DNA of 64,000 nucleotides from Candidatus Campbellbacteria bacterium (GCA_045863475.1 BTUR01000001.1:184978-248977); one strand, 5' to 3'; counted from the stretch's first letter, positions 19,023 to 29,822 are shown. A program made the numbers and translations. The notes: a model not told the origin generated them from the letters alone.

Positions 19023-19523
19023 CTACGCGCCACCTCTGGACTTGCAGGTGATGTCGACGGGAAACTCCTGGGAAGCCAGAACTTCGTTGAAGGTAATGCC
19101 GGGCGACCACTTGTAGCCTCCCCTGCCAATTACGACTTTGACGAAGGCCACCTTCCCAGGAAGGTCACAGAAAGCGGGGAAGCTGAAGCCCCAGCGACCA
19201 ACACGCACCGGTTTGGCTCCTTGGCCACCGAGCGGCTGCATCGAACGATGGTTGCTGTCGAGGAAACCGGCGATAATGCCGCTGTCCTCAGGCCAACCGG
19301 GGAGATCTTCGAGCGCCGCGTACTCGCCCCTGATCTCGACACCGTGGCCGACGCTGATGGTCGAACCATCCGGTTGATCAACCGAATTCACCTGCACCGC
19401 CCAGCTCATGGGCGGCGGAGGGTCGATCTTCGGAGTCGTGGCGAGAGAACCACCACCGTCACCACACGCGGAAAGCGCGAGGGCGGCGGCCAGTACGAGA
19501 AGCGGCGAAACGTTGCGGTTCAT
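19023..19523 (-). CDS. putative lipoprotein
   Basis: MNRNVSPLLVLAAALALSACGDGG shows a signal peptide and lipobox; high GC. Confidence 0.45.
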   Translation of the reverse strand: MNRNVSPLLVLAAALALSACGDGGGSLATTPKIDPPPPMSWAVQVNSVDQPDGSTISVGHGVEIRGEYAALEDLPGWPEDSGIIAGFLDSNHRSMQPLGGQGAKPVRVGRWGFSFPAFCDLPGKVAFVKVVIGRGGYKWSPGITFNEVLASQEFPVDITCKSRGGA

Positions 19524-19708
19524 GACCGCCTCCTTTCTTCCCCTTTAGAGGGATACCTGCGATGCTCTTCGGTATTGAAGAGCGTCTTCTGTCGTACAGC
19601 ATTTCATACTTTATCAAAAAAGTCAAGTGGTTACGCCCCAAAAAGGGGAAAACGCGTGGACAACCAATTCTGGTTGTCCACGCGTCTCCAAAAACTTCAA
19701 AACCCTCC

Positions 19709-20245
19709 TTACTTCATTATGTACGCGATTTTCACCGAAACGGTGCCATCTTCATTTTCGGCAAGCGTGATATTTACCTCCGCGCTCTCTTTTGTAGCGT
19801 AAAAGTTCGTTCCCGCATCCTCCGTTTCAACAGCGTCTCGTTGAATAATCCAGCCCGTGTTCTGCAACATTCGCCGATATCCAGTCACATTCTCGAAAAA
19901 ACTCTTCGACGAGGTGTACTGGGCGTACGGCATGTTCCCTGCACCATTTTGATACGCAATGGTGTAGCTCGTCTCTATATCTGCATCCTGCTCCAAAAGA
20001 AGCTCTCTCGGAAACTCAGGCGTTAAACTTCCCTCCCGCGCGTGGTAAATAGGGTTGCCCGCTTCATCGTACGTCGTCTCAGGCGCGCTCATTTTGGTAA
20101 ACCACAGCGCAAGTCCGAGCAGAACGAGCACAATAACGACGGTGGTGATGAGCGCTTTGCGTGACTTGTGTTGCGCAGGAGCCGGCGCGGCACCTTGCGG
20201 CATGGTCGGATTTCCAGGAGTTTGGCGAATGTCTTGTAGGTCCAT
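19709..20245 (-). CDS. hypothetical single-pass membrane protein
   Basis: Start taken at MDLQDIRQ; TM segment ALITTVVIVLVLLGLALWF. Confidence 0.4.
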   Translation of the reverse strand: MDLQDIRQTPGNPTMPQGAAPAPAQHKSRKALITTVVIVLVLLGLALWFTKMSAPETTYDEAGNPIYHAREGSLTPEFPRELLLEQDADIETSYTIAYQNGAGNMPYAQYTSSKSFFENVTGYRRMLQNTGWIIQRDAVETEDAGTNFYATKESAEVNITLAENEDGTVSVKIAYIMK

Positions 20246-20469
20246 ATATAAATGTATTAGTGAATAGTGAGAAGAGGCGACGTGCCTTGTCCCCCAATAG
20301 TACGTTCTCTGATACGCGGGAACAATAAATCGTGTTGATAACAACGGCACACGCACGACATTTGACACCACCGAGTTCCACGTATATACTCACCTCATTA
20401 ATACTGTGCTGATTGGGTGCTGCGCCAGAAACGGACGCGGCTCTTTTAATTAAAAACAAGGAGTGAAGC

Positions 20470-20600
20470 GACTATGTTTTTATTAACCCCGCCCTCTGTG
20501 CTCTCAGGACATGCCCTAGAGAGAAGGGTGCCGAGAAAGAAAACATCGCGACAACCACACAATTAAAAACGTAGAGGGCGGGGTGAGATTTATAAAACTC
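20470..20600. repeat. MITE-like CCCCGCCCTCT terminal-inverted-repeat element, copy 3
   Basis: CCCCGCCCTCT at 20487-20497 and AGAGGGCGGGG at 20573-20583, flanked by GATTTATAAAACTCG; immediately upstream of nusA. Confidence 0.6.
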
Positions 20601-20624
20601 GCTTCGCTCATTAAATAAATCATC

Positions 20625-21908
20625 ATGACATTCGACCTTAAAACACTAACAACCGTTCTCGGCGAACTCGAAGAGGAGCGGGGTGTTGCAAAAGAAAAAG
20701 TACTCGACGCGATTGCAATTGCGCTCGCGACCGCATACAAAAAAGAGTACGGCAAGCGCGATCAGATTGTGCGCGCAACATTCGACCTCAACACGGGCGC
20801 AACTGAATTCGAACAGGTAAAAACTGTCGTTGATGAAACGACCGTTCGATTTAAAGAAGACGGCGAAGAAGAAGAGGAAACGTCTGACACGGAAACTGAA
20901 GACGGTGTGGTGAAGCTTCCTGTTTTCAATCCCGAAAAGCACATGCTCCTTCCCGACGCGCAAAAAATAAAGAAGGGAGCGAGCGTCGGTGATGAAGTCG
21001 TTTTCCCGCTTGAAGCGCACGATGACTTCGGACGCATTGCCGCACAAACCGCAAAGCAAGTTATCATCCAGAAAATCCGCGAGGCGGAGAAAGAGCACCT
21101 CTCTGCAGAATACGGACAGCGCGAGGGAGAAATTCTTTCCGGCTCCGTGCAGCGCATTGAGCGCGGCAACATTTTCGTTGACCTCGGCCGTGCCGTCGGC
21201 ATCCTGCCGTACGACGAACAAATTCCCGGCGAGCGTTACCGCCCCGGCGAGCGCATCCGCGCATACCTTTTCAAAGTTGAAGAGACGCCGCGCGGCGTGT
21301 TCCTTCGCCTCTCACGTTCGCACCCGCAGTTCCTCGCGGAACTCTTCGCAAACGAGTGCCCCGAAGTAGCGCAGGGCGTTGTTGAGATCAAAGCGATTGC
21401 ACGCGAACCCGGAAGCCGCTCGAAGGTCGCAGTGTGGTCAAACGACGATCACATTGACCCCGTCGGTGCCTTGGTGGGACAGCGCGGCGTGCGCGTCTCA
21501 ACCGTCATGAGTGAATTGGCCGGTGAAAAAATTGACGTCATTGAATGGTCTGAGACGCCGGAGCACTTCATCGAAGACGCGCTCTCACCCGCAAAGGTGC
21601 TCTCCGTCGAGATTATCGACGAAGAAAGTCACAGTGCAATCGTTCGCGTAACCGAGGACCAGCAGTCGCTCGCCATCGGCCGCGGCGGACAAAACGTTCG
21701 CCTCGCCGCGAAACTCACCGGCTGGCGCATCGACATCCAGTCAGCCGGCGGTGAATCGCTCGACGAAGAGTCACCTGAGGAATCTGTTGAACACGTCGCA
21801 ACCGAGATCGCTGATGAAACAGAATCACCGAAAGCTCCTGAAAAAACAGCCGATGAAACGGAAGCACCCGAAGAAACGGAGGGTACCAAAAAAGACGGGG
21901 AAGAATAA
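20625..21908 (+). CDS. nusA: transcription termination/antitermination factor NusA, with an acidic insertion in the N-terminal domain
   Basis: S1 and KH domains (GEILSGSVQRIERGNIFVDLG; IDPVGALVGQRGVRV; LAIGRGGQNVRLAAKLTGWRIDI). Confidence 0.9.
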   Translation: MTFDLKTLTTVLGELEEERGVAKEKVLDAIAIALATAYKKEYGKRDQIVRATFDLNTGATEFEQVKTVVDETTVRFKEDGEEEEETSDTETEDGVVKLPVFNPEKHMLLPDAQKIKKGASVGDEVVFPLEAHDDFGRIAAQTAKQVIIQKIREAEKEHLSAEYGQREGEILSGSVQRIERGNIFVDLGRAVGILPYDEQIPGERYRPGERIRAYLFKVEETPRGVFLRLSRSHPQFLAELFANECPEVAQGVVEIKAIAREPGSRSKVAVWSNDDHIDPVGALVGQRGVRVSTVMSELAGEKIDVIEWSETPEHFIEDALSPAKVLSVEIIDEESHSAIVRVTEDQQSLAIGRGGQNVRLAAKLTGWRIDIQSAGGESLDEESPEESVEHVATEIADETESPKAPEKTADETEAPEETEGTKKDGEE

Positions 21909-22029
21909 GGGCAATCCGGCGAGATAAAATCTAGATAAAGAAAAAATAAAGTTTTTCTAAAGTTTTTCACCACCTTTATAAAGTTCTCACCTGTTGCGTG
22001 AAACGTCCAAAAATCACCGAGTGAAACGA

Positions 22030-22125
22030 TGATGATTTTTGAGACCCCCGCCCTCTGTGCGGGCAACAGCGCAAGAAAAACCAAAGAAAATGTGCAAGGA
22101 GGGCGGGGCGATGATTTTGAAAGCT
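22030..22125. repeat. MITE-like CCCCGCCCTCT terminal-inverted-repeat element, copy 4
   Basis: CCCCGCCCTCT at 22046-22056 and GGAGGGCGGGG at 22098-22108, bracketed by GATGATTTTTGA and GATGATTTTGA direct repeats (possible target-site duplication). Confidence 0.55.
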
Positions 22126-22153
22126 CGCGCCGCTCGCTAACAAAACCAATCGT

Positions 22154-22699
22154 ATGAACTACTGGCACGACGTTCCGATAGGAGAAAATGCACCTGAGGA
22201 ATTCAACACCATCATCGAAATCCCGAAAGGGTCGAACAATAAATACGAGATTGACAAAGAGACCGGTCTCATCGCGCTGGACCGCGCGAACTTCAACGCA
22301 TCCGGATATCCGTTTGATTACGGATTCGTACCGCAGACACTGTGGGACGACGGCGACGCGCTCGACGTGGTCGTGCTCGCGACGTATCCCATTCCGTCGG
22401 GAATGCTGGCGGCCGTTCGCCCGGTCGGTTTCATGGACATGATTGACGGCGGCGACCCCGACCACAAAGTGATTGCGGTGCCCGTGCACGACAAACGCTG
22501 GGAGGACGTCCAGGATCTTGAGGACTTGAATAAGCACACACTGCGCGAAATTCAGCACTTCTTCGAAACGTACAAAGCTCTCAAAGATGACGACCCGGCA
22601 AAAAACGCGGTCATCATCAAAGGATTCACCGGCAAAGCAGATGCCATCAAAGCCGTCGAACGCGCCGCCCGCCTGTACCAGGAAAAAATGGAGCTCTAA
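22154..22699 (+). CDS. ppa: inorganic pyrophosphatase
   Basis: IIEIPKGSNNKYEIDKETG...DGDALDVVVL...DHKVIAV is family I PPase. Confidence 0.9.
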   Translation: MNYWHDVPIGENAPEEFNTIIEIPKGSNNKYEIDKETGLIALDRANFNASGYPFDYGFVPQTLWDDGDALDVVVLATYPIPSGMLAAVRPVGFMDMIDGGDPDHKVIAVPVHDKRWEDVQDLEDLNKHTLREIQHFFETYKALKDDDPAKNAVIIKGFTGKADAIKAVERAARLYQEKMEL

Positions 22700-22844
22700 G
22701 CGCGCTGGTTTCATAAACCGCCGCCAGGCCGTAACGGTCCGGCGGCGGTTTCGTATACCCTCTTTGCGGACTATTGGGGTGGTGTACAATAGTTGCTACA
22801 GTCAGAAATTTGTCGACCTTATCAATTTTTAACAATAACCACGT

Positions 22845-23459
22845 ATGAAGAAAACACTCATTGGCATCTCAGCAGCCCTTCTCCTTGCTGCTCCGATTGC
22901 ATTCGTTGCGGCAGAAAGCACAACAACGACGACAACCACGCGCGAACAGAAACGAGAGGAGATGAAAGCGCGCTGGGAAGAGCGCCGCGAAGCGCTGGAG
23001 CAGAAGCGCGAGGAAATTAAAAATCGTTTCGAAGAGAAACGCGCGGAATTCTCCGCAGACCGCCAGCAAAAGATTGCAAACATTCTTGAGCGCGTCATAA
23101 CGAGACTTCAAAGCGCAATCGACCGCCTGACCGGATTTGCAGATCGCATTGATGCACGTCTGACACTCCTTGAAGACGAGGGTCTGGACATGGATGTCCC
23201 GCAGGGTCACGTCGACGCTGCACGCGACACACTCGATGATGCGCAGGAGAAACTCAACGGCATCGACCCGTCAGAAATCCTCGAGGATTTGGGTACGACA
23301 ACTCCGCCGACCGCAATTGGCACACTCCGTGCAGAGCTTGTAGCGGTAAAAGAACTTCTCCGCGAAGCTCACGGACAGCTCATTGACGCAATCTCATCCA
23401 TCAAGGCAGGTCTCCAGAGAAACGACGATGATGAGGATGAGGACGAAGACGACGAATAA
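22845..23459 (+). CDS. secreted coiled-coil protein with poly-Thr and an acidic C-terminal tail
   Basis: Signal peptide, TTTTTTT, repeated (K/R)EE heptads, C-terminal DDDEDEDEDDE. Confidence 0.45.
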   Translation: MKKTLIGISAALLLAAPIAFVAAESTTTTTTTREQKREEMKARWEERREALEQKREEIKNRFEEKRAEFSADRQQKIANILERVITRLQSAIDRLTGFADRIDARLTLLEDEGLDMDVPQGHVDAARDTLDDAQEKLNGIDPSEILEDLGTTTPPTAIGTLRAELVAVKELLREAHGQLIDAISSIKAGLQRNDDDEDEDEDDE

Positions 23460-23500
23460 TAGCAACCGTATCTTTTATTTGATGTAACACCACACATAAT

Positions 23501-23752
23501 ATGGAACCCATGAACATGCAGACACCCGCTCCGCAGAAAAACAACGGACCGGTCGTCGGCATCATCGTTGTTATCATCGTGCTTGCAATCGGCGCGTACT
23601 ACTTGTTCACGCAACTGCAGGCGCAACAGGAAGCAAACCAGACCGATGAAGCGGCCGTCGAGAACATTGAGGGCGACCTCCAGCAAGAGGACTTCGCCGG
23701 GCTCGAGGCAGAAATGGAAGCAGACCTCCAGGAACTCGAGCAGACACAATAA
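23501..23752 (+). CDS. small single-TM protein with an acidic C-terminus
   Basis: 83 aa; TM segment VVGIIVVIIVLAIGAYYLF. Overlaps a longer alternative ORF in another frame. Confidence 0.35.
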   Translation: MEPMNMQTPAPQKNNGPVVGIIVVIIVLAIGAYYLFTQLQAQQEANQTDEAAVENIEGDLQQEDFAGLEAEMEADLQELEQTQ

Positions 23753-23831
23753 CCAACAACGAAAAAGACCGTCCGGGAAAACCTGGGCGGTCTTTTATTT
23801 TCGCCGGCAAACTGGTACACTCTTGCCGCGT

Positions 23832-24854
23832 ATGTACTCGAATTTTAAAATCACAAAAAATAAAAATGCAACCGTCACCATTGAGGGTGAGTTGCCGCAC
23901 GATGAGCTCTCCCGTCACCGCGCGCGCGTGTTGGGTGAATTGGGACGAGACATTGAACTCCCCGGATTCCGCAAGGGCCATGTCCCGGAAAAACTGCTTA
24001 TCTCCCACGTCGGCGAAGGGGCGCTCTTGCAGGGTATGGCGGAGCACGCACTTTCAGAACACTACCCGAAAATACTTTCGCACCACGGCATAGACGCTAT
24101 TGGTCGCCCGGCCGTCTCCCTCACGAAACTCGCGCCCGGCAATCCGCTCGGATTTAAAATTGAAACCGCGATTGTGCCAGTGCTCTCGCTTCCCGACTAC
24201 AAAGAGCTCGCGAAGAAACATGTTGCACAAAGCAAGAAAGAAGAAGTTGTTGTAACGGAAGACGAAATCTCAAAGTTTATTGAAACCGCGCTTAAAGAAA
24301 AAAATGAGCGTGCCGGCAAAAAAGACGAACCGCTGCCCGAAATAACCGATGAGCTTGTTAAGGAATTCGGCGCGTTCACCGATGTGGCCGATTTCAAGGC
24401 AAAAATTAAAGACGGATTACTGCACGATAAAAAGCACAAAGCGCGTGAGACACTGCGCATCACAATCCTTCAAGACATCACCGACCACACGAAGGTCGTC
24501 ATGCCGGACATCCTTGTTGAAGCCGAGCTCGACAAAATGTACTCGCAGTTTACGCACGATATTGAACGCTTCGGTCTCAAACCCGATGAGTACATGACGC
24601 ACATCAAGAAAACTCCGGAGGATTTGCGAAAAGAATGGCGTCCCGATGCGGAAAAGGCCGCGAAGCAGCAGCTCATTCTCCATGACATCTCCGTTGCTGA
24701 AAAAATTCAGCCGACAGCCGACGAAATCAAAAAAGAAGTCGACCACATTCTCTCGCACCACAAGGACGCGAAGCGCCCGCACGTCGAGGCGTACGTCGCC
24801 ACGGCGCTCGCCAATCAGAAGGTTTTGGAATTTTTAGAAAAACAGGATGCGTAG
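23832..24854 (+). CDS. tig: trigger factor-like chaperone (short form, apparently lacking the PPIase domain)
   Basis: N-terminal ribosome-binding motif PGFRKGHVP; 340 aa rather than about 430; lies upstream of clpP as in tig-clpP operons. Confidence 0.7.
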   Translation: MYSNFKITKNKNATVTIEGELPHDELSRHRARVLGELGRDIELPGFRKGHVPEKLLISHVGEGALLQGMAEHALSEHYPKILSHHGIDAIGRPAVSLTKLAPGNPLGFKIETAIVPVLSLPDYKELAKKHVAQSKKEEVVVTEDEISKFIETALKEKNERAGKKDEPLPEITDELVKEFGAFTDVADFKAKIKDGLLHDKKHKARETLRITILQDITDHTKVVMPDILVEAELDKMYSQFTHDIERFGLKPDEYMTHIKKTPEDLRKEWRPDAEKAAKQQLILHDISVAEKIQPTADEIKKEVDHILSHHKDAKRPHVEAYVATALANQKVLEFLEKQDA

Positions 24855-25366
24855 CGTCGTGCTTTTCTTTTAAATTCTTAATCCCGTTGTAATCTCAAGC
24901 GAGGTTTTGGAATTCCTGGAACAACAGCAATAAAAAGAAGGGACCCGGACGCGCAATGCGTCCGGGTCTTCGTCTCCCTCTCCTACCCTCTCCAGGCACG
25001 CCACATCATGTGCGCGTCCCTCGCTGCCTGCACCAGACTCGCCACCCCCGCCCCGAGAAACACGAGTCGGAAAAGCCCCGTCGGCAAGTAGGCCACGAAC
25101 AGCGCCGAAAGGAAGAGACTGAACGCGTTGAGGACATGCGTGAGCGTTACCGCATGTAATACCCGTCCGCACCGCGCACCGAAGTCCTCTTTCTGATGGT
25201 GCAGAAGCGTCAGAACCCCCTGAAGATTCACGTGCATCTGCCTCCCCCTTCCGTTGAAAGGCGTTCTTCTGCTTCTATGCATAGCAAACGTAGGCTCTAT
25301 GGTCAACGCATCGCGTTTTTGCTATGCTGTGCCCCGTTGAAGCTATCACCTAAGCACTCTACTTCT

Positions 25367-25957
25367 ATGCTTATCCCAACCGTCATTGAAAAAAGTCAGT
25401 TCGGCGAACGCGCGTACGATATCTACTCGCGCCTGCTCAAGGAGCGCATCATTTTCCTCGGCGGTCCGATTGACGACCACACCGCCAACATCGTCATCGC
25501 ACAACTTCTCCACCTCGAATCACAGGAAACGGAGAAAGATGTGTGGTTCTACATCAATTCCCCCGGTGGTTCTGTGTCGGCAGCATTCGCAATTATCGAT
25601 ACAATGAATCACATCAAGCCGAAAATATCGACAGTGTGCGTCGGTATGGCGGCGTCCGCTGCTGCATGGATTCTTTCGTCAGGTGAAAAAGGAAAACGCT
25701 ACGCGCTCCCCAACGCCGAAGTCATGATTCACCAACCACTCGGCGGCGCGGAAGGTCAGGCAACCGACATTGCAATCACCGCGGAGCACATTCTCAAAAT
25801 ACGCGATAAACTCGTCGACATTATGGCAAAAAACACCGGCCAGACGCGCGACCGAGTTGCGAAAGACATCGAGCGTGACTTCTTCATGTCCGCAGAGGAA
25901 GCCAAGAAATACGGTGTAATTGATGAAATCCTGACGAAAAAGAGCGGGAAGAAGTAG
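25367..25957 (+). CDS. clpP: ATP-dependent Clp protease proteolytic subunit
   Basis: [41 protein letters not shown]...MIHQPLGG shows the catalytic Ser/His/Asp context. Confidence 0.9.
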   Translation: MLIPTVIEKSQFGERAYDIYSRLLKERIIFLGGPIDDHTANIVIAQLLHLESQETEKDVWFYINSPGGSVSAAFAIIDTMNHIKPKISTVCVGMAASAAAWILSSGEKGKRYALPNAEVMIHQPLGGAEGQATDIAITAEHILKIRDKLVDIMAKNTGQTRDRVAKDIERDFFMSAEEAKKYGVIDEILTKKSGKK

Positions 25958-26007
25958 GAAAAGAAGACCGCCCGCCTCGGAAAATCCCGAGGCGGGCGCG
26001 TTTTCGT

Positions 26008-26358
26008 TCAGTCGGAAGCATCGCTTCCATAGGGTACTGGGCCACCGCCCCTGCACCCCAACACGATGGGTACCACGAGAATCCACAGGACGGTGTAGAC
26101 ACCGAGAACGATGAATCCCCACGGCTGCAATGGAGCGGCCAACAGAAGAACCGACCCCGCAAACGTCGTCCAGAAAAGAAGACGTGGAAACTGCTCTGTG
26201 AAAGCGCTCGCAATGACCGAACCAATGAGTGCATACAGATAGAGGCCAAAGATCATGTCCCAGTTTTCGGTCTCAAGCGCATCGGTCACACCCGAGTGGC
26301 ACACCACCGAGAGAACCATCACCAGAAATGCGATACTGAGCGCCTTCGCCATGAGCAT
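26008..26358 (-). CDS. hypothetical membrane protein
   Basis: 116 aa with 3-4 TM helices. Confidence 0.35.
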   Translation of the reverse strand: MLMAKALSIAFLVMVLSVVCHSGVTDALETENWDMIFGLYLYALIGSVIASAFTEQFPRLLFWTTFAGSVLLLAAPLQPWGFIVLGVYTVLWILVVPIVLGCRGGGPVPYGSDASD

Positions 26359-26640
26359 TTCCTCCCGAATCGAGTTGTTGAGAATTCAGAACGTTCTGGG
26401 CAAAAAATACGCTTTTTGGGTAACCCTGTCAATATCTCCTCGGGATACCGCTTGCCCAGAGCGAAGTCGAGGGGTATGATGTTGCTATTACAACACATAA
26501 ACCTGAAACTCGCTGAAACTTTTGGAAATTATATGAACGCCCACGAAACCATTGAACTGAAACGACGTTCTCCCCTGCCGTTCGACGACAGAGGCGTGTA
26601 AACACTCCAAAACTTTACTGCGGTTTCAAAAGAAACCGTT

Positions 26641-28170
26641 ATGGATCTAAAACTTGTAGCATTTCTGCTCGCGGCCGCCGGGTTAGTCGGCATCGCGCTC
26701 GGATACTTCCTGCGCTATCTCGTCTCGCTCGGCCAGCGCGGGTCTGTTGAACTTGAAATCAAGCGCAAACTCCTTGAGGCACAGGAGGAAGCAAACCGCA
26801 TTATTGAGAACGCGGAGAAAAAGGCCGACGCGAACCTTGAAGAAGCGCAGAAGGAAGCGGAGGAATTTGAAGAAAAACACAAAAAGACCGAGGAGCGCCT
26901 CATTAAAAAGGAAGAGTTCCTCGACAAACGCCAGGCCGACATCGACCACCTCGGTGAAGAGCTCAAAGAAAAGATGGAAGAGGTAGACGTACTGCGCACC
27001 GAGACCGAAACACTGAAGGAGAAGCGCGAACAAGAACTTCAGGCGGTATCGCGTCTCTCAGAAGAAGAAGCGAAAGATCTCTTTATAAAAGAAATTGAAA
27101 AGAAATACGAAGCAGATCTCATGGCACGCATGCACAAGCTTGAGGTCACCGGCAAAGAACAGCTTGAAAAGAAGGCGCAGGATATTCTCATCACCTCCAT
27201 TCACCGTCTCGGCAACAACGTGACGTCCGACATTATGTCGTCATCAATTGATTTGCCGTCTGACGACATGAAAGGAAAAATCATCGGTAAGGAAGGACGC
27301 AACATCAAAGCATTTGAGCGCGCATCCGGCGTTGAAGTCGTTGTTGATGACACACCGGGGCTCATCATCCTCTCGTCGTTTGATCCGGTTCGCCGCGCAG
27401 TCGCCAAATTGGCCTTGGAGCGCCTCATTAAAGACGGCCGTATCCAACCGGCGCGCATTGAAGAAGAAGTCGAGAAAGCACGACAGGACATCAATAACAT
27501 CATCAAAGAAAAAGGTGAACAGGCGGCATACGACGCAGGTGTATTCAATCTTGACCCGCGCGTCATCTCGATTTTGGGACGCCTCCACTTCCGCACGAGC
27601 TACGGACAAAATGTATTGCAGCACTCCGTTGAAATGGCGCACCTCGCCGGCATGCTTGCTGAAGAGCTGGGCGCTGACGTTGCGGTCGCGAAAGCAGGTG
27701 CCCTGGTTCACGACATCGGTAAAGCGGTTGACCACGAAATCCAAGGAACGCACGTTGAAATCGGACGACGTATTCTGCAAAAATTCGGCGCGGATGAGGC
27801 AATCATCAAAGCAATGCAGGCGCACCACGAAGAGTACCCGTACGAAACACTGGAAAGCATCATCGTGCAGGTCGCCGATGCGGTTTCCGGTTCTCGTCCC
27901 GGTGCACGCCGCGACACGGTTGAAAACTATCTCAAGCGTCTCTCAGACTTGGAGAACATCGCCACATCCTTCTCCGGTATTGATAAGGCGTACGCCATTC
28001 AGGCAGGTCGTGAGATTCGCATCTTCGTAAACCCTGAAGCAATTTCCGACATTGAAGCAAAAACACTCGCACGCGATATCGCCAACAAGATTGAAGCGGA
28101 GTTGAAGTATCCGGGCGAAATCAAAGTCAACGTCATCCGCGAAAACCGCATCATCGAATACGCGCGATAA
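26641..28170 (+). CDS. rny: ribonuclease Y
   Basis: N-terminal TM, coiled-coil, a KH domain (GKIIGKEGRNIKAFERASG) and an HD domain (HSVEMAHLAGMLAEE...LVHDIGK). Confidence 0.9.
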   Translation: MDLKLVAFLLAAAGLVGIALGYFLRYLVSLGQRGSVELEIKRKLLEAQEEANRIIENAEKKADANLEEAQKEAEEFEEKHKKTEERLIKKEEFLDKRQADIDHLGEELKEKMEEVDVLRTETETLKEKREQELQAVSRLSEEEAKDLFIKEIEKKYEADLMARMHKLEVTGKEQLEKKAQDILITSIHRLGNNVTSDIMSSSIDLPSDDMKGKIIGKEGRNIKAFERASGVEVVVDDTPGLIILSSFDPVRRAVAKLALERLIKDGRIQPARIEEEVEKARQDINNIIKEKGEQAAYDAGVFNLDPRVISILGRLHFRTSYGQNVLQHSVEMAHLAGMLAEELGADVAVAKAGALVHDIGKAVDHEIQGTHVEIGRRILQKFGADEAIIKAMQAHHEEYPYETLESIIVQVADAVSGSRPGARRDTVENYLKRLSDLENIATSFSGIDKAYAIQAGREIRIFVNPEAISDIEAKTLARDIANKIEAELKYPGEIKVNVIRENRIIEYAR

Positions 28171-28239
28171 AAGTCGTTACACAAGCAAGTGAAAAGGCCG
28201 TCCCGGAAAGCCGGGACGGCCTTGTTCGTTTGCGAGAAG

Positions 28240-28560
28240 TTACTGCTTCAAGCTCGCTCGCCAGTGTGTGTTGACGGACTCTCCCACCCACTTCTGAACG
28301 AGGTTCTCAAGCGCCTCGCGGCTGTTGCACTCCATCTTCTCTTCCTCCGTCCAGGTGTTGTCGGCGAGGAAGGTCTGACCACCGTACATCGGAAAGACCC
28401 GAATGTAGCGCGTTCTGATTGAGTCGAGCGGAAACATCCAGTGCCCGGCGAGACGTCGGTCGAGAACGTCTTCGTGAGCCGCGACCCAACAGAAGCTGCA
28501 GTCGGCAATAATCACCGACTCGCCTACCGGGAGAATTGGAGCCCCTGAGAGCTTGGTCAT
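28240..28560 (-). CDS. hypothetical protein
   Basis: 106 aa from MTKLSGAP; high GC; its 5' region overlaps the 3' end of the next small gene. Confidence 0.3.
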   Translation of the reverse strand: MTKLSGAPILPVGESVIIADCSFCWVAAHEDVLDRRLAGHWMFPLDSIRTRYIRVFPMYGGQTFLADNTWTEEEKMECNSREALENLVQKWVGESVNTHWRASLKQ

Positions 28561-28571
28561 AGTCTCCCCTT

Positions 28572-28751
28572 TCAGTGAACCCTGGGTGTGATCCAGTCCT
28601 CGGTCGTCTCGATGCACGCCTGGGCGGTGCAGATGACGTAGACGAAGTGACCGTTGATGTCCTTGTAGCCAAGGACGACCCCGGGGACCGATTCCCCGTG
28701 CATCTGGTACGTCACCTCGGTTCCACGCGGAATTGGACGATGATACGTCAT
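28572..28751 (-). CDS. hypothetical small protein
   Basis: 59 aa from MTYHRPIPRGTEVTYQMHG...; high GC; paired with the neighbouring ORF. Confidence 0.3.
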   Translation of the reverse strand: MTYHRPIPRGTEVTYQMHGESVPGVVLGYKDINGHFVYVICTAQACIETTEDWITPRVH

Positions 28752-28956
28752 GCGTCTCCTTTCGCTTTTCCTGCGTTTTTTGAAACGAATTTGGAACAAA
28801 CCTCGTGATTTTTTATCCTATTTTCAGTACCTTGTCAACTTTCTCTCGTATCCACATGAAACTAGCAGCCTATTGCCAAAAAAACGGCTTCATTGCTATA
28901 CTTTTCAGTACGGTCGAACCAAAACCATTATCAACCACTAGTGGTTACAAAAAATT

Positions 28957-29229
28957 ATGAACAAAGCAGCACTCGTTGAGCGCATTGCAGACCGCCACGG
29001 AGTTACGAAGGCAGACGCAGAGCGCATCATGGAGACACTCATCGATTCAATCACATCAACGCTCAAGGGCGGTGGTGAAGTTGCAATCGCAGGACTCGGA
29101 GCGTTCAAAGTTCGCGCACGCGCAGCACGAACGGCACGCAACCCGCGCACTGGCGCTATGGTTCAGGTTCCTGCAACAAAGGTACCGAAATTCACAGCAG
29201 CAAAGGCGCTCAAAGAAGCGGTCAAATAA
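28957..29229 (+). CDS. hup: DNA-binding protein HU
   Basis: MNKAALVERIADRHGVTKADAERIMETLIDSI...GAFKVRARAARTARNPRTGAMVQVPATKVPKFTAAKALKEAV. Confidence 0.85.
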   Translation: MNKAALVERIADRHGVTKADAERIMETLIDSITSTLKGGGEVAIAGLGAFKVRARAARTARNPRTGAMVQVPATKVPKFTAAKALKEAVK

Positions 29230-29320
29230 CCCTTCTTTGTCCCACATACAAAAACGCTCTGCTCTTGGCAGAGTGTTTTTGTTTACCACTTTTTTTGTTA
29301 CTATAACGCGTGTTTCCGAT

Positions 29321-29391
29321 GCGGGATTAGTTTAGTGGCAAAATGACTGCCTTCCAAGCAGTAGACGCCGGTCCGATTCCGGCATCCCGCA
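29321..29391 (+). tRNA. tRNA-Gly (anticodon UCC)
   Basis: Acceptor GCGGGAT/ATCCCGC, anticodon stem-loop ACTGC-CTTCCAA-GCAGT, T-arm GCCGG-TCCGATT-CCGGC; CCA is not encoded. Confidence 0.75.
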
Positions 29392-29399
29392 CTAATTTG

Positions 29400-29468
29400 C
29401 CTTCCAAGTAGATGGAGATGTGTTTGAACACATCTCCATGGAGTCCGATTCTCCCTGCCCGCACAGAG
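29400..29468 (+). pseudogene. tRNA-derived fragment: anticodon-arm-like segment, a perfect 11-bp hairpin, then a T-arm/acceptor 3' strand identical to tRNA-Gly(GCC)
   Basis: TTGCCTTCCAAG, then ATGGAGATGTGtttgaaCACATCTCCAT, then GAGTCCGATTCTCCCTGCCCGCA, which is identical to 33314-33336. No 5' acceptor strand or D-arm is present. Confidence 0.45.
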
Positions 29469-29503
29469 TTTTTAAAACAAGGACATAGTGGTTTCATACA
29501 AAA

Positions 29504-29531
29504 ACCCCGCCACATACGTGGCGGGGTTTTT
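29504..29531 (+). terminator. rho-independent terminator
   Basis: CCCCGCCACATACGTGGCGGGG followed by TTTTT. Confidence 0.6.
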
Positions 29532-29822
29532 GCTTTTGAGGAGTAATCCTCATTCTGCGTGCTATGCAGCAGATTCTTCACCTTGGGGCTGTGCCTCTCC
29601 TTCGGCAGGTGCCTCCGGCATCGGCTGGCCTTCTGCAGGCTGCTGACCCTCCGTCTCCGGCTGGTCAACCTGCGGATTTACATTTTGATCGGTCATATGC
29701 AAGATGAGTTAGCTGACAATTAAATCCGCAGAATGCGGATTTGTAACTTCATACTACCAGAAACAAGCACTTCGGGCAACAAAAATCGCCCCGCGGCTAC
29801 GGGGCGATTTTGTTTGAGAGAT

